A DNA stretch of 64,000 nucleotides. It comes from Pseudoclavibacter sp. GTDB lineage: Bacteria; Actinomycetota; Actinomycetes; Actinomycetales; Microbacteriaceae. A program made the translations under genes and the position numbers. Numbering within the stretch: the stretch's first letter is position 1; each line of letters begins with the position of its first letter. Below the pieces are notes generated by a model. That model made no database searches, had not been told where the DNA came from, and worked only from the letters and a program-made list of their open reading frames with translations. Shown in pieces: positions 37,172-46,320 of this stretch. The DNA is taken from NCBI GenBank assembly GCA_047722305.1, contig JBDNYM010000006.1, positions 213 through 64,212 of the forward strand, written 5' to 3'.

Positions 37172-37792
37172 CTAGAGGCTGTCCAGAATCTCTTGCATCG
37201 TGGTGACCTCGGCCTTCTGGCCGTCGATGACCTGCTGCGCCAGTTCCAGCACATCCGGGTTCTGCCCGTTGGACAGCTCCATCTCGGCCATCATGATCGC
37301 GCCGTTGTGGTGCTCGATCATTCCTTGCAGGAACAGTCGGGTCGCCTCGACGCCGGTCGCAGACTCCAACGCGGTCATGTCCTCCTCGGACATCATGCCG
37401 CCGCCGTGGTCCATGCCGTCCATGCCGCCCATGGACGGGTCGGGTGAGGGCAGACCCCACTCCTGCAGCCAGCCCTGCATGGTCTCGATCTCGGGCCCCT
37501 GGGCGTCCTTGATCTGCTGAGCCAGCGTCACCACCCGCTCATCGATCCCGTCTTTGCCGAGGATCAGATCAGCCATCTCGATGGCCTGCTGATGGTGCGG
37601 GATCATCATCGCCACAAACATCTCGTCCGCTCCGTTGAAGTCCGCGCTGGACTCCGACGAGGAGGGGCTGGAACTTGACGAGCCATGATCCATCCCGGGC
37701 ATCCCGCCGGGGTCGTTATTCTGCCCGCAACCGGCGAGCACCAGAGTCGTAATGAGCGCGCTCGAAGCCAGCGCAAGCATGCGCATACGCAT
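37172..37792 (-). CDS. DUF305-family lipoprotein.
   Basis: Lipobox LVLAGC and duplicated MIPHHQQAIEMA / MIEHHNGAIMMA motifs. Confidence 0.85.
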   Translation of the reverse strand: MRMRMLALASSALITTLVLAGCGQNNDPGGMPGMDHGSSSSSPSSSESSADFNGADEMFVAMMIPHHQQAIEMADLILGKDGIDERVVTLAQQIKDAQGPEIETMQGWLQEWGLPSPDPSMGGMDGMDHGGGMMSEEDMTALESATGVEATRLFLQGMIEHHNGAIMMAEMELSNGQNPDVLELAQQVIDGQKAEVTTMQEILDSL

Positions 37793-37909
37793 GATGAAGT
37801 TGTCCTTTCGTCAGTCGAATGAAGAGTCGCGGTCCATCCACACCCCGGTCGGGGCATGACAGACAGGCATCACCCGAACCCGATGGTCCGTGGGACGCCA
37901 CAGCGCAAC

Positions 37910-38446
37910 TCAGGTACGACTGATCGAAAGAACGATGAGAGAAGGCGGACGCGCGCGTGGCAGCACCGCGCCCAGCAGCGGCAACGCGCGAACAGCAAGC
38001 AGCCGCGTCAGCCACCCGCGGCCCAGTAGCCTGGGAGCGAGCAGGAGGACCAAGCCGATTAGGAGCGCGATCACGCACCCCAGCATCAGCATCGAATGGC
38101 TCGGTGCCGGTTCCCCGCACCCATCACAGTGCGTCTCACCGGCTGCGGCGGCATCGCTCGTGTTGGAGCCGGCCATCTGATCCGCTAAAGGGGCCGACAT
38201 GGCCTCGTCCGGACCCGCCTTGGCAGCGATGTGTTCGGTCTCGATCGTCAGGGTCGGGGAGGTATGCCCCATCGGGCCGGACATGCTCAGAACGTGCATC
38301 GCGAACAGCCCAGCGATCACCATCATCAGCAGGCCGAACACGAGCAGGCCAGGACGACAAGGCGACCCGCCGGTCATCACCGAGCGAAGAGCACCCATCG
38401 CCGTCCTCCTTTCGACCTCCGAGTCCATAAGCCTCACGGTTTGCAT
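37910..38446 (-). CDS. Small membrane protein of the copper cluster (DUF6153-like).
   Basis: LLVFGLLMMVIAGLFAMHVL TM helix, a central CDGC, and a second TM helix. The start is uncertain (38446 or 38398). Confidence 0.55.
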   Translation of the reverse strand: MQTVRLMDSEVERRTAMGALRSVMTGGSPCRPGLLVFGLLMMVIAGLFAMHVLSMSGPMGHTSPTLTIETEHIAAKAGPDEAMSAPLADQMAGSNTSDAAAAGETHCDGCGEPAPSHSMLMLGCVIALLIGLVLLLAPRLLGRGWLTRLLAVRALPLLGAVLPRARPPSLIVLSISRT

Positions 38447-38519
38447 GATCGTTGCTCACTACGGTAAAGCATCGCGCCACGAAGCCACCTGAGCGCCCGT
38501 GGCGGCGATGCTCAACCGG

Positions 38520-38765
38520 TCAGGCGGCGTGCGCGTATCGCGCGGGGTCGGCGTCCCACAGCGGGCCGCATCCGGCGCAGCAGAACCAGTACCGCTTGCC
38601 CTCGTAATCCCGGTACAGGCCCTGCTGCTCAGCCTGCGCCGGGTCCACCAGATTGTTCGGCATCACCGGACACCGCACCAAGTTCTCCGCGTCCGGTGCC
38701 GGGTGATGGTGATGAGGGTGAGACTGCGCCTCGTGCCCATCGTGATGATGATCGTGACTCGACAT
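38520..38765 (-). CDS. YHS/TRASH-domain metal-binding protein with a His-rich N-terminus.
   Basis: MSSHDHHHDGHEAQSHPHHHHP... then CPV...YEGKRYWFCCAGCGPLWDADPARY. ATG at 38765. Confidence 0.8.
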   Translation of the reverse strand: MSSHDHHHDGHEAQSHPHHHHPAPDAENLVRCPVMPNNLVDPAQAEQQGLYRDYEGKRYWFCCAGCGPLWDADPARYAHAA

Positions 38766-38847
38766 GCTCCACGTCCTCTCTAACGATGTTCCGCTGCCGT
38801 GATTCTGCGCCGACGTCGTAGCTGACGTTGCGCGACTACCTCCAACA

Positions 38848-38864
38848 ATACCCCATAGGGGTAT
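38848..38864. promoter_or_regulatory. CsoR-type operator palindrome ATACCCCATAGGGGTAT.
   Basis: Perfect 7-bp arms (ATACCCC / GGGGTAT) about 85 nt upstream of the YHS gene. It matches the GC-tract palindromes known for CsoR-family copper repressors. Confidence 0.55.
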
Positions 38865-39000
38865 ACTGACATCGACTGCACCCCCATCCCATCGATTGAT
38901 CCGATGCCGACACGCACATCGTCGAGCAATGCTGCTCAAAGGCCCGCTCCGATGCAGCCATGTCGCGGCTGGGCCGGTGCTCATCGCCCGCCGTCGTTCA

Positions 39001-40101
39001 TCAAGTCATCGACAGCGCCAGGGCAGCCGAGGCTTGAAGCGGAACGACCCCGTTGCCGAGGGCGGTGATCTGCTGGTTCTGCGTCAGTCCGTGGTCGGGG
39101 TCAGTGACCCATCTGGCCGGGAGCCCCATGATCCATTCCACGAACTCGGGTGCTGGTCGTGGCCCTTCGCCTTCGTTCAGGAGGTTCAAGAGTGCGGGGG
39201 CTGGTGCTTCCCGTCCGGTGATGTGTTCCCATCGGGCGATGGCTCCGGCGTAGCGTCCCCAGCGGTGAAGATGCCGTCGATCAGGTGCCACAGCGTCTCC
39301 GGCTCGGCTTGCTTGCTCGGCGAGCCATCCGGTCCGTGAAGCGCAAAGTCGATGAGCTGATGGCTCAACGTGATAGTGCCCCGCCGAGCCCGAACTTGAT
39401 CGACCGTCTCCCCTCCGCGCTTGGCATCCGTCGCTACCGGTGTCCGGAAGAATGCGGTGGGCGAGGATGAAGACTCGGAAGCGGGGATGTGGTGCGCCGA
39501 TGGCGGAAGCGGGTAGCCCGATCCATCGTGCATCCATCCCGAGGTCGGCCAGGTCTCCGAGAACGGCGCCGGCCGCCCGGAGAGGTCGAGCTGCGTTGTC
39601 TCCCAAACCCCACGGGTCGAGTTCCAGGTTGCGAAGGGTTGCAGGATTGGGGGTTGCATCGTCGGGGTCGCGGTGCTCATCGTCGTCTCCTTCCAGGGGT
39701 GTGCGGACGGCCATCGTGGAGAGCAGGCCGCGCACGTTCTCGATGACAACCAGCTCGGGTTGTAGCGCGTCGATCGCTCCGGCCATGTGTGCCCAGAGGC
39801 CGGATCGTGTGCCGGGCGCGAGGCCGGCACGTCGGCCGGCGACCGATACGTCTTGACAGGGGAATCCACCACAGAGCACATCGACGGGTTCGACGTCGCG
39901 CCAGTCGATGGTGGTGATGTCGCCGAGGTTCGGGGCGTCAGGCCAGTGGTGGGAGAAGATGCGGGCGACGTGCTTGTTGATTTCGGAGAACCAGATCGTC
40001 TCCGCCCCGAGGGCGTGTTCGATAGCGAGGTCGAGCCCGCCGTACCCAGAGAAGAGCGATCCGACTCTGAGTGGGCGGTCGTGCTGAGTGGGGTCGTGCA
40101 T
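39001..40101 (-). CDS. DNA (cytosine-5)-methyltransferase, orphan.
   Basis: Motif I LFSGYGGLDLA, motif IV GGFPCQDVS, motif VI ENVRGL, and C-terminal motif X GNGVVP. No adjacent endonuclease gene. Confidence 0.92.
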   Translation of the reverse strand: MHDPTQHDRPLRVGSLFSGYGGLDLAIEHALGAETIWFSEINKHVARIFSHHWPDAPNLGDITTIDWRDVEPVDVLCGGFPCQDVSVAGRRAGLAPGTRSGLWAHMAGAIDALQPELVVIENVRGLLSTMAVRTPLEGDDDEHRDPDDATPNPATLRNLELDPWGLGDNAARPLRAAGAVLGDLADLGMDARWIGLPASAIGAPHPRFRVFILAHRILPDTGSDGCQARRGDGRSSSGSAGHYHVEPSAHRLCASRTGWLAEQASRAGDAVAPDRRHLHRWGRYAGAIARWEHITGREAPAPALLNLLNEGEGPRPAPEFVEWIMGLPARWVTDPDHGLTQNQQITALGNGVVPLQASAALALSMT

Positions 40102-40404
40102 GAGGGCTCCGGCCGATGGGTGATCCCCGACCGGACTCTGTAAGGGAAGTCGTCGCCGGGCTGGTCATCCGGCAGGTGCACCACCGTCCCGAACTGCCAT
40201 CCGTCGATCAGCGGCACGCCGCGACGATCCCCGCCCCGCGCACCTTCGAGAACCGCGACGTTGGCTCCGCGCCAACTCGCTCCCCGCCGGAGTCGCCCGG
40301 CCCCACCTGAGCCACCACACGTCTTTCTGTAGAGGCGCGAGCGGGCATTATCGCGGCCGAGTGCGGCGGCTTCCGGCTCACCTTGCGGGCACGGAAGGGA
40401 GGCC
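40102..40404. promoter_or_regulatory. Divergent intergenic region, candidate oriT / relaxase promoter.
   Basis: This is positional inference only: it lies immediately upstream of the MOBF relaxase. It contains one copy of the CAGGTGCACC motif at 40173-40182. Confidence 0.3.
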
Positions 40405-43400
40405 GTGGTGACGGTTTCGATGCGCGTGATGACGGCGGGCGATGGTTACAAGTACCTGCTCCGCTCGGTCGCGGCCGGGGATGGTGACCGTTCCCTCTCG
40501 ACGCCGTTGACGCGCTACTACGCCGAAGCGGGAAACCCGCCCGGGTTCTGGATCGGCCAGGGCCTCGCCGCCCTCGGGCACGGCGAACTGACCCCCGGCT
40601 CGGAAGTGTCGGAAGCGCAACTCGAGCTGCTGATCGGGTCGGGTCGTGATCCGATCACCGGCGACCCACTCGGCAAGGCGTACCCGACGTTCGCGCCTCT
40701 GGCCGAGCGGATCGAACGCCGCATCAACACCCTCGACGCAGAACTGGGGCCAGCCGCGCGGGCGGTCGAGACGGCACGGATCGAGGCCGAGGAAACCGAG
40801 CGCGGAACCCGGCGCGCGGTGGCCGGGTTCGACTTCACCTTCTCAGTCCCCAAGAGTGTGTCGGCGCTATGGGCGGTCGCCGATGCCGGCACTCAGGCGT
40901 TGATCGCGGACGCGCATCATGCGGCGGTTGCAGAGCTGGTTGCGTTCCTCGAACGCGAGGTTGCAGTCACCCGCACCGGAGCGGACGGCCCCGAGGGCAC
41001 GGTTGCGCACGTCGATGTCCTCGGTGTCGCTGCAACCGCGTTCGACCACTACGACTCCCGGGCGGGCGATCCGCAGTTGCACACTCATGTCGTCATCAGC
41101 AACAAGGTCAAGACCGCCCAAGACGGCAAGTGGCGCGCCCTCGCCGGGCGTCCGATGCACGCCGCGGTCGTCGCGGTCTCCGAGCTCTACAACGCCGCCC
41201 TGGCCGACCAGCTCACCCGCACCCTCGGCATCGACTGGGAGAGCCGCGACCGGGGACGGGACCGCAACCCCGCCTGGGAACTCGTCGGCGTCACCGAAGA
41301 ACTGATCGGTGAGTTCTCCACCCGGTCACATCACATCGAGGCCGAGAAAGACCGCCTCATCGTCGAGTACGTCGCAACGCACGGCAGGCAGCCCTCCGCC
41401 CGGGTCGTGTTGAAGCTCCGCGCCCAAGCCACCCTTGCCACGAGGCCCGAGAAGCACATCCACTCGCTCGCAGACCTCACCCGCCAATGGCGGGAACGCG
41501 CCGGCCGGGTGCTCGGGCAGGACCCGACCGGCTGGGCACGCACCCTCACCCACCAGGCAGCGGACGCACCGGCTCGGGTGTTGCGGGCCGACGACGTGCC
41601 CCTGGATGTCGTGCGCGAGGTCGGCCTGTCGGTGATGGCGGTCGTGAGTGAGAAGCGGTCGACGTGGACGCGCTGGAACCTGCACGCCGAAGCATCCCGG
41701 CAGTTGATGGGCTGGCGGTTCGCCTCGATGCTGGATCGGGAGGCGATCACCGGGCTCGTGGTCGATGCCGCCGAGCAAGCCTCGCTCCGCCTGACTCCGC
41801 CCGAACTCGCCTCCAGCCCGGTGCAGTTCCGCCGAGCCGATGGCACCTCACGGTTCCGGCCATACGCTTCTGTGCTGTTCTCGTCCGAAGCTCTGCTCGC
41901 CGCCGAAGACCGGCTCCTTGCCCGCGCCGACTCTCTCGCTGGGCCGGTGGTGTCGTTGGAGACGGTCGAGCAGATCACCAGCCGCCCCGACCCAAGGGGC
42001 CGGATGCTCGGCGAGGATCAAGCCGCAGCCCTGGCCGCGATCGCCGTCTCCGGCCGCACCCTCGACGTGCTGGTCGGCCCCGCCGGCGCAGGCAAGACCA
42101 CCGCCATGAACGCGCTCCGCCGCGCATGGGAGAAGGAGCATGGCAGCGGCTCGGTCGTCGGCCTCGCACCATCCGCCGTCGCCGCCCAGGTGCTGGCGGA
42201 CGATCTGGGGATCACGACCGAGAACACGGCGAAGTGGTGGCAGAACCACCTCATGCGCGGCACCACGTTCGAGGTGGGCCAGCTCGTCATCATCGACGAG
42301 GCATCCCTGGCCGGCACCGCCTCCCTCGACCGCATCACCGCCGAAGCCGAACAAGCCGGCGCGAAGACGCTGCTGGTCGGTGACTGGGGGCAACTCCAAT
42401 CGGTCGACGCCGGCGGTGCGTTCTCGATGCTCGTCCACGCCCGCGACGACACCCCCGAGCTACTCGACATCCACCGCTTCACCCACGAGTGGGAGAAGAC
42501 CACCTCCCTCCAACTCCGCCACGGCCGTCCCGAGGCGATCGACACCCTCGCAGGCCACGACCGCATCATCGGCGGCGAACAAGAAGCCATGATCGACGCC
42601 GCCTATGGCGCATGGCGACAAGACCTCGCCACCGGGCGAGCGTCGATCCTCGTCGCCGAAACCCACGAAACCGTCACCGCCCTCAACGCCCGAGCGCGGG
42701 CGGACCGGATCATCGACGGCACCGTGCACGGCACCCGTGAAGTCGGCCTGCATGACGGAACGGCCGTGTCCGAGGGCGATCTGGTCATCACCCGTCACAA
42801 CGACCGCCGCCTACGCAACGGCCGATCCTGGGTCCGCAACGGCGACAGCTGGACCGTCACCGGCGTTCACGCGGACGGGTCGGTCAGCATCCGCCCGGTC
42901 GGCCGCCGGCTCCGTGGCGGAATCGTCCTGCCCGCCGACTACGTGGCCGAACACCTCGACCTCGGCTACGCCATCACCGCCCATAGAGCCCAGGGAGTGA
43001 CGACCGACACGGCGCACGTCATCGCGACCGCGACCACGACGCGGGAGAACTTCTACGTCGCCATGACCCGCGGCGCGGCCGGGAACTATACCTACGTTGT
43101 CCTCGATCGGCCCGACGACAGCCACGGGGTGCCGCACCCCAGCGACAACCCTGACGCCACCGCCCGGTCGGTGCTCTACGGCGTGATCCAGCACATCGGC
43201 GCCGAACTGTCCGCGCACGAGGCGATCACCGCCGAGCAGGAACGGTGGAGCAACATCGGCCAGCTCGCCGCCGAGTACGAAACCATCGCCCAAGCCGCCC
43301 AACACGACCGCTGGGGCACCCTCCTTGCCGCCGCCGGACTCGCGAGTGCGCAGGTCGATGCCGTGCTCGACTCTGACGCCTACCCGGCCCTGTCGGCCGA

Positions 43401-43968
43401 GCTTCGGCATGCCGAAGCCAACCACCACGACCTCGACACCCTGCTGCCGCGTCTCATAGCCGCGCGGGGGCTGGGCGATGCGGACGACATCGCTTCGGTG
43501 ATCCACGCCCGCGTCGCCCGCGCCACCGCCCGGCCAGCCGGATCCGGCCGTACCCGCAAACCGCCTCGGTTCATCGCCGGCCTCATCCCGTACGCGGACG
43601 GGTCGATGGCCGACGATATGCGCCAAGCCCTGGACGAACGCCACGAGCTGATCGAAGCCCGCGCCGACTCCGTACTCACGGGCGCGCTCACCGACAAGGC
43701 ACTGTGGACAACCCAACTCGGCCCGGTACCGAAGGACACGAAGCAGCGGACGGCCTGGCGACGTGCCGCCGTCATCGTCGCCGCGTACCGGGACCGCTAC
43801 CAGATCACCGACGACCGAACCCCGCTCGGCCCCGCACCCCAGAGCACCCGGCAGAAGATCGACCGCGCCCGGGCCGAAGCCGCGCTCAGGGAAGTCAATG
43901 CCGGTACGTCCGCACCCGAGGCCGGGCGCCCGGTGACGCAGGCCGTGACTCGCGGTCCTCGTCTCTGA
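40405..43968 (+). CDS. MOBF-family relaxase-helicase (TrwC/TraA-like).
   Basis: N-terminal MRVMTAGDGYKYLLRSVA... with YYAE...PGFW and HxDxxxxHxH-type HTHVVISN. Central GPAGAGKTT Walker A with LVIIDEASL, and a RecD-like C-terminus (AITAHRAQGVT). Confidence 0.9.
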   Translation: MVTVSMRVMTAGDGYKYLLRSVAAGDGDRSLSTPLTRYYAEAGNPPGFWIGQGLAALGHGELTPGSEVSEAQLELLIGSGRDPITGDPLGKAYPTFAPLAERIERRINTLDAELGPAARAVETARIEAEETERGTRRAVAGFDFTFSVPKSVSALWAVADAGTQALIADAHHAAVAELVAFLEREVAVTRTGADGPEGTVAHVDVLGVAATAFDHYDSRAGDPQLHTHVVISNKVKTAQDGKWRALAGRPMHAAVVAVSELYNAALADQLTRTLGIDWESRDRGRDRNPAWELVGVTEELIGEFSTRSHHIEAEKDRLIVEYVATHGRQPSARVVLKLRAQATLATRPEKHIHSLADLTRQWRERAGRVLGQDPTGWARTLTHQAADAPARVLRADDVPLDVVREVGLSVMAVVSEKRSTWTRWNLHAEASRQLMGWRFASMLDREAITGLVVDAAEQASLRLTPPELASSPVQFRRADGTSRFRPYASVLFSSEALLAAEDRLLARADSLAGPVVSLETVEQITSRPDPRGRMLGEDQAAALAAIAVSGRTLDVLVGPAGAGKTTAMNALRRAWEKEHGSGSVVGLAPSAVAAQVLADDLGITTENTAKWWQNHLMRGTTFEVGQLVIIDEASLAGTASLDRITAEAEQAGAKTLLVGDWGQLQSVDAGGAFSMLVHARDDTPELLDIHRFTHEWEKTTSLQLRHGRPEAIDTLAGHDRIIGGEQEAMIDAAYGAWRQDLATGRASILVAETHETVTALNARARADRIIDGTVHGTREVGLHDGTAVSEGDLVITRHNDRRLRNGRSWVRNGDSWTVTGVHADGSVSIRPVGRRLRGGIVLPADYVAEHLDLGYAITAHRAQGVTTDTAHVIATATTTRENFYVAMTRGAAGNYTYVVLDRPDDSHGVPHPSDNPDATARSVLYGVIQHIGAELSAHEAITAEQERWSNIGQLAAEYETIAQAAQHDRWGTLLAAAGLASAQVDAVLDSDAYPALSAELRHAEANHHDLDTLLPRLIAARGLGDADDIASVIHARVARATARPAGSGRTRKPPRFIAGLIPYADGSMADDMRQALDERHELIEARADSVLTGALTDKALWTTQLGPVPKDTKQRTAWRRAAVIVAAYRDRYQITDDRTPLGPAPQSTRQKIDRARAEAALREVNAGTSAPEAGRPVTQAVTRGPRL

Positions 43969-43980
43969 GCGCTGTCGGTC

Positions 43981-45165
43981 GTGTCTGCGATCCTTGACGT
44001 AGAGCATTCGGTCGATGAGAGACGAGGTGGGAAGGTGGCGCAGTCGGAGCAAGCGCGCGAGATCGCGCGACGCCTCGGCGTGGTCAGTCATCCCACCCTC
44101 GACCAACTGGCCGAAGCTGTAGCGCTCTTTGCTCCGTTGGGTTGGGCCATGTGCGGACGCTGGCATATGGAAGGCACCTTGCGCGTCCTCCGACAAGCCG
44201 GGAACGGTGCCACGGACGACGAGCTGGACGAAGCGATCACCGAGGTGTGGAACAACGAGAACGCGACCTTGCTGAAACACGCCGCCGCGCCGATGCGCCG
44301 ATGGTCGAACTCTCACTACCCGTTCAAGCAACTTGTCTGGGATCGCGTCAGTCTCATCGAGAAGGCCATCGAGCATCACTTCGCAGGCGCCTACGAGGCA
44401 TCGACCCCGATCATCCTGGCTCAGATCGACGGCATGAGTCGGGACCTCACCGGCCAGTCCTTCTTCTCCAAAGGAAGCAACGACCCATACCTGGACGACG
44501 AGACGATCGCCGGCATGGAAACCAACCTCCCGGTGGTACGCGCCCTCTTCTCCGAAGACGTAAGGCCAACCGGCGACTACGGCAAGGTCTCTCGACACGA
44601 CGTGCTCCACGGCCGCGACCTCGGCTACGCGACCCGGGTGAACTCCACCAAGACCATCGTCCTCGTCGCCGCCCTTGCCGAATACCTCCCCAAGATCGCC
44701 GACGACGCTGGCGCCCAGCGCCGACGACAACACGAGGACGAAGTTGCCGGCTCCACTGAACTCGATGAACTCGGGCGCCTTGTGGACGACCGCCATGTAC
44801 CCGAACTGCTGAACTTCGCCTACGACTTCGACACCGAATACCTCAACGCCGTTCTGCTGAACCCGGCCCCGTTCAACGCGCGGCGGCAACTGGCTGCGGT
44901 CGCCCGCAAGCACGGCCTTGACCCGGAAGCGTTCACGCTTGACGAGGATCAGGCCGGTTGGCGCTGGTACTACACGATTCCAGCCGGCCAGACCCTCGGC
45001 TATGCAGCACGTCCAAGCACCAGCAGCGAGCGGCGCCATCCCGACGTGTGGCGATGGGACGACCCCACCACGCCACACACGTTCCCGTGGAACGACTCAA
45101 CGGGTTGGCGCTACGACGATGACTTCCCACGATCCCCGAACTGGGAACCCAAACTCGTCATGTAG
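43981..45165 (+). CDS. Hypothetical protein with an Rx4H (HEPN-like) motif.
   Basis: 394-aa ORF. The only recognisable element is GKVSRHDVLHGRDLGY in a helical context. The start codon is uncertain. Confidence 0.5.
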   Translation: MSAILDVEHSVDERRGGKVAQSEQAREIARRLGVVSHPTLDQLAEAVALFAPLGWAMCGRWHMEGTLRVLRQAGNGATDDELDEAITEVWNNENATLLKHAAAPMRRWSNSHYPFKQLVWDRVSLIEKAIEHHFAGAYEASTPIILAQIDGMSRDLTGQSFFSKGSNDPYLDDETIAGMETNLPVVRALFSEDVRPTGDYGKVSRHDVLHGRDLGYATRVNSTKTIVLVAALAEYLPKIADDAGAQRRRQHEDEVAGSTELDELGRLVDDRHVPELLNFAYDFDTEYLNAVLLNPAPFNARRQLAAVARKHGLDPEAFTLDEDQAGWRWYYTIPAGQTLGYAARPSTSSERRHPDVWRWDDPTTPHTFPWNDSTGWRYDDDFPRSPNWEPKLVM

Positions 45166-45179
45166 CTATCGTCAGCTCG

Positions 45180-46187
45180 CTAGATCGAGCGCCCAGACCC
45201 GCCCGGCGCAGAGCGATAGCCGCCGAACTCGTGTCCAGCAGCGGATCGCGTCAGGTTCTTGCCGGTTGGCTCAGCGCCGTCGAGCAGCGCGATGACATCG
45301 CTGGCCCGAGTGACGACGGACGCGGCCCCTTGCTTGATGAGTTCGTTCGGGCCGTTGCTGACGGCACTGGTCACGGGGCCAGGCACCGCTCCGACACCCC
45401 GGCCGAGGCCAAGCGCGTTGAACACAGTCGTGAGCGACCCCGACCGTACGCCTGCCTCCGGGATCACGACACCACCGGAGAGTGCCGCCATCAGCCGGTA
45501 TCGCGCGATGAACCTGTCCCGGCTGGGCACAGCACCTGCCGGGAGTTCACTCACGAGCAGGCCGGTGTCACCGATCCGATCCAGCAGGTCGGTGTGCGCG
45601 GCCGGATAGCGGCGATCCAAGCCAGTTGCCAACACGACGATCGTCTGACCGGCGGCGGCGAGCACGCTCCGGTGCGCCGCACTGTCGATGCCGTAAGCGC
45701 CTCCGGCGATGACCACCCGTTCCTCATCGGCCAGCCCCGTCGCAAGTTCGTTGGTGACGTGTTCGCCGTAGTGGGTAGACGCGCGAGCGCCCGTGATCGT
45801 GACCCGATCGCTCAGCGCCGTCGCCAAGAACGACGATGCGCCCTGCGTCCACAGCACATACGGGGCGCGGTCGCCCAGCTCGTCCAGTCCGGCGGGCCAC
45901 TCCCGATCCGCCGGGATCAGCGTGCCGAACCCGTGCTGCTCAGCCTCGGCCACGCGCTCCATCAGGTCGGGCACGATCCGTGCTCGCAGGCGCTCGCGCC
46001 ACAACAGAACGTCGGCACGGCCCAGCCCCGTCACGTCATGATCGGACTCGACCAGGCTCAGCGTCGCCACGCCTCCGTGGCGACCCAGGATGTATCCGGT
46101 CGTCAGATCGTCCGGCTCAGCGATCATCGACAGCACGATTCGCGCCATCCGTTCGCCCCGCACCTGCTCCGCCAACGCGCCAGCCAT
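45180..46187 (-). CDS. dprA: DprA/Smf DNA-processing protein.
   Basis: Rossmann-like core VVIAGGAYGIDSAAHRSVLAAAGQTIVVLATGLDRRYPAAHTDLLDRIGDTGLLVSELPAG. Confidence 0.85.
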   Translation of the reverse strand: MAGALAEQVRGERMARIVLSMIAEPDDLTTGYILGRHGGVATLSLVESDHDVTGLGRADVLLWRERLRARIVPDLMERVAEAEQHGFGTLIPADREWPAGLDELGDRAPYVLWTQGASSFLATALSDRVTITGARASTHYGEHVTNELATGLADEERVVIAGGAYGIDSAAHRSVLAAAGQTIVVLATGLDRRYPAAHTDLLDRIGDTGLLVSELPAGAVPSRDRFIARYRLMAALSGGVVIPEAGVRSGSLTTVFNALGLGRGVGAVPGPVTSAVSNGPNELIKQGAASVVTRASDVIALLDGAEPTGKNLTRSAAGHEFGGYRSAPGGSGRSI

Positions 46188-46320
46188 GATCGGTGTCCTT
46201 CCACTCCAAGGTCACCGACGAGGTGCGCCATCGTCTGCCACCACCAACGTGGAGCAGCCCGCGACCCGCTGGGCGGCGATCGCCTCGGTGAAGGCCGTTG
46301 TCTCATAGGATTGGGGCCAT

